Positions 41,047 through 51,042 of a stretch of 64,000 bases of DNA are shown in pieces (position 1 is the stretch's first letter; the number at the start of each line of letters is the position of its first letter). The stretch is from a virus. The notes below the pieces were generated by a model, which was not told where the DNA came from, did not search any database, and was given only the letters and a program-made list of their open reading frames with translations. The stretch is from positions 42,726-106,725 of IMG/VR virus record IMGVR_UViG_3300033141_002573; one strand, 5' to 3'. The position numbers were made by a program, and so were the translations under genes.

Positions 41047-41245
41047 AAGGGGAACGAATGTACATAACACCCCTCGGCAGATCAACTCGCAAAGAGCGTC
41101 TGTGCGCCTTCTGTGGAAGGCGTATCCCCACAGGAACCAAGGGGGTCTGGCACATCATGGAGGGGAGGTATAAAAACGAGCGCGTATGCGCTCGATGTGC
41201 CGAGCACGCAGAGAACGTAGGAATAGGTCGAGCATAATGGGAGGG

Positions 41246-41419
41246 ATGAAGATGGTCATTAGCCTGACTCTCAAAATATGGGACAATGGAATAATAGCAT
41301 CGGAGGTCACAGACAGTCGCGAGATAGAGGATGAAGAGCAAGCCTTTGCAGTCTTCGATGAAGTAGCTAATGCCTTCATAAAGGCTGCACGGGCGCATTC
41401 AGCACGCAAGGAGGGATAG
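41246..41419 (+). CDS. Hypothetical protein, paralog family C
   Basis: See 35463. Confidence 0.65.
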   Translation: MKMVISLTLKIWDNGIIASEVTDSREIEDEEQAFAVFDEVANAFIKAARAHSARKEG

Positions 41420-42116
41420 CGATGACTACTAACGCCCCGACATACGAGGGAGCGTTAGCAGCACCCGTGAAGGATCGCGGCTGGAGGTACGCCGACGCGT
41501 ACTCTAGCGTAGGAGCACTCGCTCAAAGTCTAGCCGAACGGGGGGCATTGAGACCAGTAGCTGTGTATGGATGGATATTGCGCCACTACGGAGAGGACTG
41601 GCTGTCCGTGGTGGAGGAACTGCACGGCAAGGGGAGGAAGGAGGCGAACGCGCTATTGCTGACTGCCCTGCTACACGATGTTGACCTCAAGGAGGCAGAG
41701 AGCATAGTGGAGCACTAAAACTGAAACTGATTTTACAATTCAAGGAGGTGCAACGATGGGGCAGTACTTCATGCTAGTAAATCACACGCGCAAGGAGTTT
41801 GTCTCACCTTGGGAGGTGGGAGCAGGAGCTAAACTCATCGAGTGGTGTACAGGAGCGCAAGCAGGCCTGCTTCCGTACCTCCTGCGCAGGAGCGACGGAA
41901 CAGGAGGAGGCGACGTCGAACCGAAAGATTGTGAGTTTGCAGGTAGGTGGGCAGGAGACCAAGTAGAACTAGTAGGCGACTACGATTCCAGCAAGGGCTA
42001 CAAACGGGCATTAAGTGAGTACAAAAACATTTCGTGTCCGCTGGCAAAGGAGTACAACCAGTTTATGGGTCCGGGGTGGGGAGTATCCTACATAGACGTT
42101 TCGGAAACAGAAAGGA

Positions 42117-42615
42117 ATGATTAACATGACAAAACAGACAGTCCGCGAGGAAGACGGCCTCCACGAAGAGTGGTATAAGGAGGCAAAGGAAATCAAAGAC
42201 ATCCCAGGGCTTACGACATTTGCCGAGAAAATGCTCGACAGCTACGAGCACGACTATGGCACGGTATGTCATGCAGTTGCTGCATTGGCAACTGCCGCAG
42301 CGAACGTAGGAGCACACACGCAAGGCCTTACAGGTTTCCAGGCCCAAGTAGTGACGTGGGGCTTCATCAGGGAGTTCGGGGCATTCATGGGTGCTGGTAG
42401 AGGACCAATGAGTCTCGTGATGTACGAGCATATGCTATACCCACAGTACGAAAAACTGGTATTGGCTACAAGAACAGGCTAAGGACTACTTGGTACGCCA
42501 CAAGGACGCCAACGATGAAGTACGCGCACACTGGCAGTCTATCGTGGATGGTAATGTGCCATTCGGTTACACTGTAGAAAAGACCAAGAAAGGAAGTGAG
42601 ACTGTTGAGGATTGA
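42117..42615 (+). pseudogene. Frameshifted conserved phage hypothetical gene
   Basis: Frame 1 (HDYGTVCHAVAA...GLTGFQA...MLYPQYEK) stops at 42482. The +1 frame from ~42457 reads WYWLQEQAKDYL...VRAHWQSIVDGNVPFGYTVE, which I recall as the usual C-terminus of this family. Confidence 0.55.
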
Positions 42616-44098
42616 TGGGAAATGCGCCAGCGTCGTACGTTATGGCAGCGAGGTCGCGATCCAGATTCGGGCCAGTAAAGAAACCAGGGCTGGTATCTTA
42701 CAAGGCAAGGAGGTGGTACTGTACCCGGCCCACGAGGACCCTGTAACAGAGTACCTACGGGAGTTGCGGGAGGAGTTGGAAGCCTGCGGGAAACTTGGTA
42801 CACACAAAGCCTTCGACTGCGAAACGCACATCCGCACGGACGACGACGGATGGACGGTTTACGGACTCACTGAATTGGCACCAGGCCCCGACCCCCTTGC
42901 CGCCGCCCGCGCTCTCCGCGCCAAGTTGGAGCCGGAGCAGAAGAAGCCCGTGGCGGAGGTGGGCGCTGTTGAGAGGAGGGTGGCAATGAACGAAAAACTA
43001 AGCCATGAACTGGCGACGGAGGCCGAGTTTATCCGCAACGGGGGCGAGGCACCTACTGCGGGGCAGGTTGAGACCTGGGCGGCGAGGGCGGAAGTATTGG
43101 AGGCGGCTTTAGCCGACGCTTCTGCCGTAAGGGACAGAGTCCGAGAGCAAGTCCGCCAAGCCCGCGAGAGCGTTGCTCTATTGGAGGATTACGTTGAGAA
43201 ATGCGAGCGACTTGCACAGAAACAGGAGGCAGAGGGTTGGCCTCAGTACGCTATAGACCTGCGGGACACAAAGGCAAAGTACGAAGTCCGGCTAGAGCAA
43301 GCCCAAAGGGAAGTTGCGAGGCTGTGTAAGCTTCTCGGAGAAGAGGGTGGCAATGATGGTGAACCTTGAGTGTCGCGAATCAGGCCGTGCCCCGTGCAAA
43401 AGCATGGTAAGAGAGGTGTCGTAGAATGATTGGTACTATTGCTAGTAAGAAGGTGGCCCAAGGCCTCAGAGTTTCATACATTTCGGTGGCTACTCAACCA
43501 GACCCACCACCGGACCGTTACTACCTTACAGTCCGAGTAGAACCGTCCACCTGGAAGCGTTTTGATAAAGGCGACACCGTGGAACTTGTTCTGGTGGAGA
43601 AAAATGAGAACGGGGCCGATAACTAAGGCACGTCCCCGTTTTACGGACCATCCGTACAAAACTGAAAGGAAAATGTACATAACTCGGATGTAGAAAAGGA
43701 GAAATAACAAATGGGAATGGAACCCATGGAACGGCTCAGCAGGGAAAGTGAACGAAGATTTTCCCAAGCTTTACAAATACTAAACGCAACCGTCCGCTCG
43801 GTGGACGACACACCACGTGCATACGTGGCCCTCGCTAAGGCCAAACTATGCGATGCTGCCATTGCTGGTATGAACCTTGACACAATCCAAAAGGCCATAG
43901 AGAAAAGACTCATCAAGCAAATTAGAGAATGGAATACCGCACAGTCCAAACGCCCTGCAATAAGAAATCGCCACCATCCCAATCCAACGGGACACCACGG
44001 CTACTACTCGGAGGATGAAGCCCTAAGGGCAATACAGCACGAAAGGAGAATAATAGGTATCCTGTCGAAACCCACAAAGAGTTAACGCCCGTTACTGC

Positions 44099-44127
44099 TT
44101 GACTTAGAGAATCAGAGGTGATATTGT
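44099..44127 (+). promoter_or_regulatory. sigma70-type promoter
   Basis: TTGACT-N17-TATTGT with TG extension. Confidence 0.65.
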
Positions 44128-44509
44128 GGACGCAGCAACGTACCTGATGTTAACAGTCCATGGGGTGCTAACCAGCGAGGAGGCCGTCCAGCAGTTCGTA
44201 AACGCCCAAGGCGACCCGGTGCTCTGGCTCTCCAACCCAACGTTTGATCTCCTCCCATCTATCATGGAGGATCTGGGAATGGGGCCAGGAATAGACCAGG
44301 CGGAACTCCAAACTGAACTGGAGGGCATCATCATGACTGCAATGGAAATAGCAGCGGGGATGTGGCCGAATGTCCAGAAGCAAACACCAAAAACATGTCC
44401 CCTCTGCGGGGGGGAGGGGACAGTTTCCCCCGTGTTCAACTACGAAAATCTCTCTTACTCTCTTGAGTGTGTAAAATGTGGAGCTCGAATCGCAGAGGAG
44501 GTGGAATAG
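44126..44509 (+). CDS. Hypothetical protein with C-terminal zinc ribbon
   Basis: CPLCGG...CVKCGA. Confidence 0.6.
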   Translation: MDAATYLMLTVHGVLTSEEAVQQFVNAQGDPVLWLSNPTFDLLPSIMEDLGMGPGIDQAELQTELEGIIMTAMEIAAGMWPNVQKQTPKTCPLCGGEGTVSPVFNYENLSYSLECVKCGARIAEEVE

Positions 44510-44639
44510 TGATCATCTGCATCGCAGCGGGGATAGTCATCGTACTCTTGGTAGTGGCTGCCACGCTGTCCACTAAGGACATCAACAAGACCATAGAGCG
44601 TGCGGCCATTGCCAGTATCTTCTTCATCGACGAAGGTTG

Positions 44640-46166
44640 ATGCCAATGAACCCGATAGAAACAACCGTAATCCAAACACGAGGAGGACAGGCAGACATAC
44701 GAAAGTTTGTACTGGACTGGTTCACTAGTGCAAACATGCACTTTGAAATAGCAGGTGTCAGGACCTCTGATGTAAATGCAACGGTTGCCAGAATAGATAG
44801 CCCGCTTGGCTCATGGGGTGATAACCCACTCGCAAGCATAAACGCCGTGGGCTATTTCAGCCCGTCGGAGGATGCACGTCTTACTCCAACAGCAGACCTT
44901 GGGATAATGGCAGCCCTGCTCATAACAGGGTGCGAGTACCCCGATGGCTGGGACAACCTCGCCTTCTGCGGGGAAATAGGCCCTGGCGGAGAAGTGCTCC
45001 CGGTCAACGCTGCGTTCGCCGTTGGAGCAGCAGCCGCCCAAGCAGACCTAACGCTCGTCTGCCCCGGTGAATCTGCACCTTACGCTGCGTACGCCGGGGC
45101 ACGCACCATAGCAGTTGACAACCAGTATGAGCTTATGGCAGTGCTTATGGGGACACACAGGGAACTAACTCCGCCTGCGGACAACATAGAAACAGCCCCA
45201 GGCGTGGGCATTGACATGACTCATGTAAAAGGCCAACCCATGGCGCGTCGCGCCGTAGAGTTGGCAGTAGCCGGAGGGCACAACATGCTCATGGTTGGCC
45301 CACCTGGTGAGGGGAAATCACTCATCGCCAAGTGTATCCCAACCATCGCACCTCCACTTACCGAGACGGAACGCATAGAGTCCACAATAATCCATCAGGC
45401 ACATGGAGATATTCTACCTGGTCAGATAATAGAACAGATGCCACTACGCTCTGTGGATCCTACGGTCACAAAACCCGCACTCATTGGTGGAGGGCATGAG
45501 ACCCCTTATCCTGGTGAGGTGTCTCTGGCGCACAATGGGGTTCTGTATACAGACGAGATACTCCAGTTCACACGGAGTGTCCTCGACGCCCTTAGAACTC
45601 CGCTTCAAGACAAGAAGGTTTCTATCAGCCGTGTCGGATGGAAAATAGAATGGCCTGCAAACTTCATGCTCGTAGCAGCAGCAAACCCGTGTCCATGCGG
45701 TTACTGGGGCCACCCACATATTCAATGTACCTGCTCCCCCGTCGCCAGGCGTAACTACATCGCCAAACTAACTGGTCCGGTCATGGACCGCATAGACATA
45801 AAGGTCAACGTCGCTCCACTCGGAGATAAGAAGTTTGACAACACACCATCGGAATCCTCAGATGCCGTTAGGGAACGTGTCATCGAGGCAAGGGCCATGC
45901 AAGAGCGACGCTATAACGGAACAGACATCAAGCACAATGCAGACCTCGGCCCTGGGACAATGCACTTCGTTCAGCTAACAGAGGATGCCGAAGACAAACT
46001 GCGAGAAATAGCAAACACCAGGTATCTCTCAACGCGCATGACAGACAAGTTGGCTGTAGTGGCACGAACCATTGCTGATGTAGCACACAGGAAACATACC
46101 CATAAACAGCACGTGATGGAGGCGGCACAGTACCTGGACATAAAACTTCCAACAAACAAAGAATAA
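44640..46166 (+). CDS. comM: ComM/YifB-family AAA+ ATPase (Mg-chelatase related helicase)
   Basis: GPPGEGKS, PGEVSLAHNGVLYTDE, WPANFMLVAAANPCPCGYWG, KLTGPVMDRIDI; divergent Lon-like N-domain present. Confidence 0.9.
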   Translation: MPMNPIETTVIQTRGGQADIRKFVLDWFTSANMHFEIAGVRTSDVNATVARIDSPLGSWGDNPLASINAVGYFSPSEDARLTPTADLGIMAALLITGCEYPDGWDNLAFCGEIGPGGEVLPVNAAFAVGAAAAQADLTLVCPGESAPYAAYAGARTIAVDNQYELMAVLMGTHRELTPPADNIETAPGVGIDMTHVKGQPMARRAVELAVAGGHNMLMVGPPGEGKSLIAKCIPTIAPPLTETERIESTIIHQAHGDILPGQIIEQMPLRSVDPTVTKPALIGGGHETPYPGEVSLAHNGVLYTDEILQFTRSVLDALRTPLQDKKVSISRVGWKIEWPANFMLVAAANPCPCGYWGHPHIQCTCSPVARRNYIAKLTGPVMDRIDIKVNVAPLGDKKFDNTPSESSDAVRERVIEARAMQERRYNGTDIKHNADLGPGTMHFVQLTEDAEDKLREIANTRYLSTRMTDKLAVVARTIADVAHRKHTHKQHVMEAAQYLDIKLPTNKE

Positions 46167-46189
46167 TATTACAAAGGGGTGACAAAACT

Positions 46190-47023
46190 ATGGATTTGCT
46201 CAACGCATTCGTTATATCCGCAAAGGGAAGAGGCTTATCTGAGACAACTGTAGAGCTTTACTCTACAGTTGTTCAACAGATGACAGAGGTAGTGGGGAGT
46301 CTTCCTCCATCTCTTGAGGATATTGAGAGGTACATATCCGAGCAAATGAAGGTCAACAGCCCCACAACGGTCAACACAAAACTCCAAGTGGTAAAGTCCT
46401 TCTGTGGGTGGGCTAAGCGTGCGGGCATAACAGAGTGTGCAGACCCTGCCGATTTACCAACCGTGATACATGGTAGCCCGAAGCCCAAGATAGTACCGTC
46501 ATCCGAAGAAATCGCAATTCTCGAAAGCCACCTCAGACCGAAACACAAGGCCAGCCTTCGCCTGATGTCCGACGCAGGACTCCGTGTTGGTGAGGTTGTC
46601 GGACTCCACCCTCACAACGTACACATCGAGTCGCGAGTGATCATGGTGAAAGGGAAGGGAAAGAAAGAACGGGTGGCACCTATCACAACAGACGAACTGA
46701 TAGATGCCATTGAACCGTTTGTCAAGGAGAACAATGAGTGGCTGATACCGGGAAGGGGAGGCCAACAAATGACAGTAGGTGCAATCCAGAAGGCAATAAC
46801 GAGGGCCTGCACGCGGGCTGGGATCAGACACCTAACCCCTCACTCGTTCAGGCACGCATTCGCTGCGCGTGCCGTAGAAACAGGAGTACACACCAAGGCC
46901 GTTCAGGAAGCATTGGGACACAGTAGTCTTTCAACCACAGAGGTGTATCTCTCATCACTCGAAAGACCGAGCAGAATTGCCAATGCCTTCCGATCATTCC
47001 ACCGAGACGAAAAAGGGGGTTAG
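46190..47023 (+). CDS. Tyrosine recombinase (XerC/D-like)
   Basis: Catalytic R (GLRVGE), K (KGKGKKER), HxxRH (PHSFRH), LGH and Y (TTEVY). Confidence 0.92.
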   Translation: MDLLNAFVISAKGRGLSETTVELYSTVVQQMTEVVGSLPPSLEDIERYISEQMKVNSPTTVNTKLQVVKSFCGWAKRAGITECADPADLPTVIHGSPKPKIVPSSEEIAILESHLRPKHKASLRLMSDAGLRVGEVVGLHPHNVHIESRVIMVKGKGKKERVAPITTDELIDAIEPFVKENNEWLIPGRGGQQMTVGAIQKAITRACTRAGIRHLTPHSFRHAFAARAVETGVHTKAVQEALGHSSLSTTEVYLSSLERPSRIANAFRSFHRDEKGG

Positions 47024-47179
47024 ACAGCCAAAGGAAATAGGCCAGGGCGTCCAATTTTCCTACCGTCCTGCGATTTCTTGGGACCCCCATAGGGTTCAGC
47101 CCACAAAAATAATCCCCGTCGCTGTATGGGCTTCTATTTCGCCCGGCGTGAACTTTCTGTGAACACTGGAGGACACGAG

Positions 47180-47647
47180 ATGAAAAAGCAACCGCGTCCC
47201 GATTGGGAGGTAGTAGGCACACACAAATCGGGTGCGCTTCTCGTAACGAGAATAGGGGGAAACAAATCCCCCCACAAGTGTTGCCCGTCATGCGTCACGG
47301 AATATGGACTTCGTGGTCCACTCCATGGGTGGCTCGTTGAGGGGGATAGGTGCCTGTGGTGCCCAGACTGTGGACGAACATTCCCCGTAGTCCATAGCCC
47401 CGGTGAAGATGGGGTTGAACTGGTAGCCCACCCCCATGGAAAGTGGCACGTTATCGAACGCAACGACGGAAGATTCATAGTATCCCACTGCGGGAAGTAT
47501 ATCCGCCGCGACAATGCTCGTACCAAGCCGTGGGGGGAAGTAGAGACACAGGACATCTGTGCCAAATGCGCCGGGCATATCACCAAGAAGTACGGCCAGA
47601 GGTCCGCATCCAAACGAGAAAGCGAGGCCAGGGATGGAAATGGGTAA
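47180..47647 (+). CDS. Cys/His-rich hypothetical protein
   Basis: CCPSC, WCPDCG, HCG...CAKC; GGAGG RBS. Confidence 0.6.
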   Translation: MKKQPRPDWEVVGTHKSGALLVTRIGGNKSPHKCCPSCVTEYGLRGPLHGWLVEGDRCLWCPDCGRTFPVVHSPGEDGVELVAHPHGKWHVIERNDGRFIVSHCGKYIRRDNARTKPWGEVETQDICAKCAGHITKKYGQRSASKRESEARDGNG

Positions 47648-49085
47648 TGCCGTTCGTATCGTGGCGGACGGCCCAACTGCACGTGTGGTGGGCAAACTGC
47701 CCCGCGACATCGCACACGACCTCTACATGTCAATGAGCTTCGAGCACGCACGGGCAATATGGCATCCAAGCACTCTGAAACCATGGGATGACGGAAGGAT
47801 AGGTGTGTTCAAGGAGAAATCAGGAAGATTCCCTACAGGCTGCATACCTCGTGTAAGTCATTATCTCACCCATTTCGGGATACCATACACGGTGGATAGG
47901 CGTCTGCCACCGAAAACAGCCGACATCAAGTTCACAGGAAAACTTCGCAAGTATCAAACACAGATGCTTATGGCAGCCCTAACCCACCCATACGGTATCC
48001 TAAAGGCTGTTCCCCGAAGTGGGAAGACGGTCGTAGCTGCCGCATGTATCGCGGCACGCGGCGTCGTGCCCGCAATGTTTATGGTCAACTCAATTGACCT
48101 GTGCCACCAAGCAGTTAGCGAACTGAAAAAGTGGCTCGACTGTCCAGTAGGACTTATAGGTGACGGGATATATGAACCTGAGGATGTCACGGTTGTCAGT
48201 ATTCAGTCGGCGTTCGGGTCGCTGGTAAAGACAGGAAAAGCTAAGCCGGTGAAGTGGCGCGACCCTCAACTACGAAAGGAAAAACCGCTACCTCGGCACA
48301 GAGATGCTGTTGACCTGATACAGCGCACAAGACTCAGAGTGCTGGATGAGGTTCATCACTCCCGCTCCCCTTCGCATCAAGCTACCCTGAAGGCCATGGA
48401 GTCCTGCTGCTACAGCATCGGCCTATCCGCAACACCTTGGAGCGAGGAAAATGATGGTATCCTGATAGAGGCGGCGGCAGGCCCAGTGGTGTACACGACA
48501 ACGTACTCCGACATGATAGCGGAGGGATGGCTTGTCGAACCGATAATCGAAATGGTTGACATCCCCCCCAAGAAGTACGCCGCAAGAGAAACATGGGCAC
48601 ATATCTACTCGGACTACATCGTCAACGGAGATTTCAGGAACCAGCAGATAGTGGACTTCTCCCACCGAATGATGGATGAGGACCACACAACGCTGATATT
48701 CGTCAGCAAGATAAACCATGGCATAGCCCTCGCAGATGCGATAGACGGGGCAGTATGGGTACACGGAAAGGTCTCAGGCACAGAGCGCCACAGAATATGG
48801 GAGAAGTTCAGAGAGAAAGAGATAAAGGTTGTCGTATCCACCGTTGGAAAGGAAGGACTCGACATCCCAACACTAGACGCGGTAGTAATGGCATGTGGAG
48901 GAAGAAGTGCCATTGCAGCACTCCAAGCCATGCCGAGGGTCCTGACCTGTGCCCCAGGAAAGGACCACGCACACGTTCTCGACTTCTATGACAATGCCAA
49001 GTACCTACGAGAGCACAGCGAGCGACGACTTTCCTTGTATAGAACAGAACCGATGTTCAAGATAAAGTTCAAGGAGAGGGTATGA
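47640..49085 (+). CDS. Superfamily 2 helicase (UvsW-like)
   Basis: LRKYQ, PRSGKT, LDEVHH, GLSATP, GKEGLDIPTLD, DFYDN. Confidence 0.9.
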   Translation: MGNAVRIVADGPTARVVGKLPRDIAHDLYMSMSFEHARAIWHPSTLKPWDDGRIGVFKEKSGRFPTGCIPRVSHYLTHFGIPYTVDRRLPPKTADIKFTGKLRKYQTQMLMAALTHPYGILKAVPRSGKTVVAAACIAARGVVPAMFMVNSIDLCHQAVSELKKWLDCPVGLIGDGIYEPEDVTVVSIQSAFGSLVKTGKAKPVKWRDPQLRKEKPLPRHRDAVDLIQRTRLRVLDEVHHSRSPSHQATLKAMESCCYSIGLSATPWSEENDGILIEAAAGPVVYTTTYSDMIAEGWLVEPIIEMVDIPPKKYAARETWAHIYSDYIVNGDFRNQQIVDFSHRMMDEDHTTLIFVSKINHGIALADAIDGAVWVHGKVSGTERHRIWEKFREKEIKVVVSTVGKEGLDIPTLDAVVMACGGRSAIAALQAMPRVLTCAPGKDHAHVLDFYDNAKYLREHSERRLSLYRTEPMFKIKFKERV

Positions 49086-49517
49086 TTGTTGGCGGAACCA
49101 CTAAAAGGTGCTACCCCCATGTGGACACCAAAGAAACTAAGCAGGTTGTTCGACCAACTCTACCAGGAAAGCTACGGCACACTACGAACAACGAAACGGA
49201 CAAAACGAGAATGGCAACTGCGATATGTTGGCATAAACAATCTCCTGAAATCGTTGGGAGAACCCGAAGACGTAGCGGTGTTGTTCAAGTGGTGGTTTGC
49301 CATCCACAGGAAAAACACAGAGATACAAGTAAACCAGCCAAGCGGACTGTTTCCGTTCTTACCAGCGTTCAGGACATGGTTGAAGACAAACAGGTCGATG
49401 ATAGACAGAATGGGTGCCGATAGGGTCATAAACATTCTCAGAGACGCAACGGAACTGGACAGTCAAACGACCAATGAAACAACCAACTCTCTCTCAAAGC
49501 CGTTGTCAGAGAAATAG
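49086..49517 (+). CDS. Hypothetical protein adjacent to putative origin
   Basis: Coupled to helicase stop; basic helical protein. Confidence 0.55.
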   Translation: MLAEPLKGATPMWTPKKLSRLFDQLYQESYGTLRTTKRTKREWQLRYVGINNLLKSLGEPEDVAVLFKWWFAIHRKNTEIQVNQPSGLFPFLPAFRTWLKTNRSMIDRMGADRVINILRDATELDSQTTNETTNSLSKPLSEK

Positions 49518-50290
49518 AAATCAGACGTTCTCTCCTGAGGTAGCGGCGAAGCCGCTGCCTCGCGAAGCCTCGCAGAGGCTTCGCCAGTACGACTACTGTA
49601 GTATGTCTATTTGTTGTCTTATTTCTTACAGAACTTTGAACTCCTGTCGTTAAGGCCTTCGGCCTTAACAGTAAGGCCTTTAACTGCTTTAAGACATAAG
49701 GCCTATGGTGTTAAGCTGATCGACGGAGTCGCCCTTTAAGCCCTTTGCTTATTGTCCCTTGGGCGGGTTAAGCCCATTGGACCTGGGACCCTTCGACCCT
49801 TGGGCGGGTTAAGCCCTCCGCCTAGTAGTCACAGGGCAAAGGGCTTAAAGGGGGTAGGGTCCAATGGGCGGTAGGGCGAAGGGCTTAAAGGGGGTAGGGC
49901 CTAATGCGCCCTTTAAGCCCTTAAGCCCCTTAAGCCGAACGCGCGCGTGCGCGCGCGATCCTTAATATATAGTGGGTCTTAAATCAGTGTGTTATATCAT
50001 TGAACATTCTGTTACAACGCAACCTACAAACATGACATAACATTATGGGTGTGGGTTGTGTGTAGGCCAACCTACCCAGGTGTCTAAGTTTACCTGGGAA
50101 AAGTTAGACAGGTAGGTAGGTTAACCTGGGTCCGTGTCTAAGTTTACCTGGGAAAAGTTAGACAGGTAGGTAGGTTAACCTGGGTCCGTGTCTGGAAAAG
50201 TTAGACAGGTAGGTAGGTTAACCTGGGTCCGTGTCTAAGTTTACCCGCCAAAACCTAGACAGGCGGGATAATAGCAAAGGAGGTAGTGCT
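49518..50290. other. Putative replication origin region
   Basis: ~770 bp non-coding with three triloop hairpins, 7 exact TTAAGCCC octamers, a 17-bp inverted repeat, a (GC)n tract, an AT-rich patch and tandem 54-bp repeats; flanked by helicase and DnaC-like genes. Confidence 0.6.
50080..50263 (+). repeat. Tandem 54-bp repeats (2 full, 1 with 11-bp deletion, 1 degenerate)
   Basis: GTGTCTAAGTTTACCTGGGAAAAGTTAGACAGGTAGGTAGGTTAACCTGGGTCC starting at 50080, 50134, 50188, 50231. Confidence 0.9.
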
Positions 50291-50971
50291 GTGAAGAAGA
50301 GTGAGATAGTAGCAAACGTGGAGGCTGCATTGGCTGGTTTGGGGGTAGAGGATTCGGCAAATCTGGCGAAGTTGCTGGTCCGTAACCGTATCTGTGCATG
50401 TGACTGTGATTCCTGTCGTAAGGAACGTGCATCGTTTACGTTGACTGCGGATGCAAGAGAGGTGGTGAAATCATGGAGGGACCACAACTCAGGCAAGACG
50501 GTTGTTCTCGAAGTGGATGGTGCTTGGGTTTGGGTAGACAATGTTTCCGTGCGCCAGGACAGCACTAAAGGAATGGCGTCTGTTCTCATTGACTACTCGT
50601 TTGCCATATCGAGTAGGGGTCTAGGTGTATTCGGAGAGAACTCGCTGAAACTTTCGTATAATGGGGCTTGGCTTTCGGGTGCCTACCCTCATCAGGAGCG
50701 ACAGGTAGCTGTTGTGGATCCTAATGACGTTCGTGAATTGCCGGACCAGGTGTTGGTGCTTTGTCCGTTGTGTGGTCGCATAGGGTCATCGTGGGAGAAG
50801 ACAGAAGATGGGAACTTCAAGCCTCACTGTATTCTTCGGATAGACGGAGAAGAGATGACAATATGCAACTCGTGTCGTGGTGAGTTCAAGCCCGGTGATG
50901 CTGTGCTCCTACCGGCACCGTCGTCTATCTCCGCAGGTAGTGATCCGTGGGTTGCAAATGGGGGCGAATAA
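50291..50971 (+). CDS. Zn-binding hypothetical protein
   Basis: AAAGGAGG RBS before GTG 50291; CACDCDSC, CPLCG, CNSC. Confidence 0.65.
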   Translation: MKKSEIVANVEAALAGLGVEDSANLAKLLVRNRICACDCDSCRKERASFTLTADAREVVKSWRDHNSGKTVVLEVDGAWVWVDNVSVRQDSTKGMASVLIDYSFAISSRGLGVFGENSLKLSYNGAWLSGAYPHQERQVAVVDPNDVRELPDQVLVLCPLCGRIGSSWEKTEDGNFKPHCILRIDGEEMTICNSCRGEFKPGDAVLLPAPSSISAGSDPWVANGGE

Positions 50972-50983
50972 TGCTCCATAGGC

Positions 50984-51012
50984 TTGACAGGATTTGCGAT
51001 ATGAGTTAAACT
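50984..51012 (+). promoter_or_regulatory. sigma70-type promoter
   Basis: TTGACA-N17-TAAACT. Confidence 0.7.
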
Positions 51013-51042
51013 TGCAGGCCGGTAGAGGTACGGGCTGCGAGA

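Larger units (their letters stand above)
25193..44085 (+). other. Array of >45 small co-oriented hypothetical ORFs (accessory/host-takeover region)
   Basis: Dense 50-200 aa ORFs with strong GGAG(G) RBSs, e.g. 25624-25800 (58 aa, not in track), 25825, 26250, 27151, 27403, 27642, 28222, 28670, 29155, 30417, 30706, 31534, 33633, 34019, 34177, 34464, 34728, 35062, 35703, 36162, 36547, 36827, 38060, 38393, 38664, 39930, 41422, 41756, 42596, 43711. Confidence 0.8.

Noticed and set aside
46190-47023. Integron integrase or protelomerase identity for the recombinase
   Set aside because: At 277 aa it lacks the IntI-specific insertion between the KGK and HxxRH regions and is far shorter than protelomerases. 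No long perfect palindrome (tel site) was seen.
50080-50263. CRISPR array
   Set aside because: The 54-bp units are head-to-tail with no unique spacers, and no cas genes are present.
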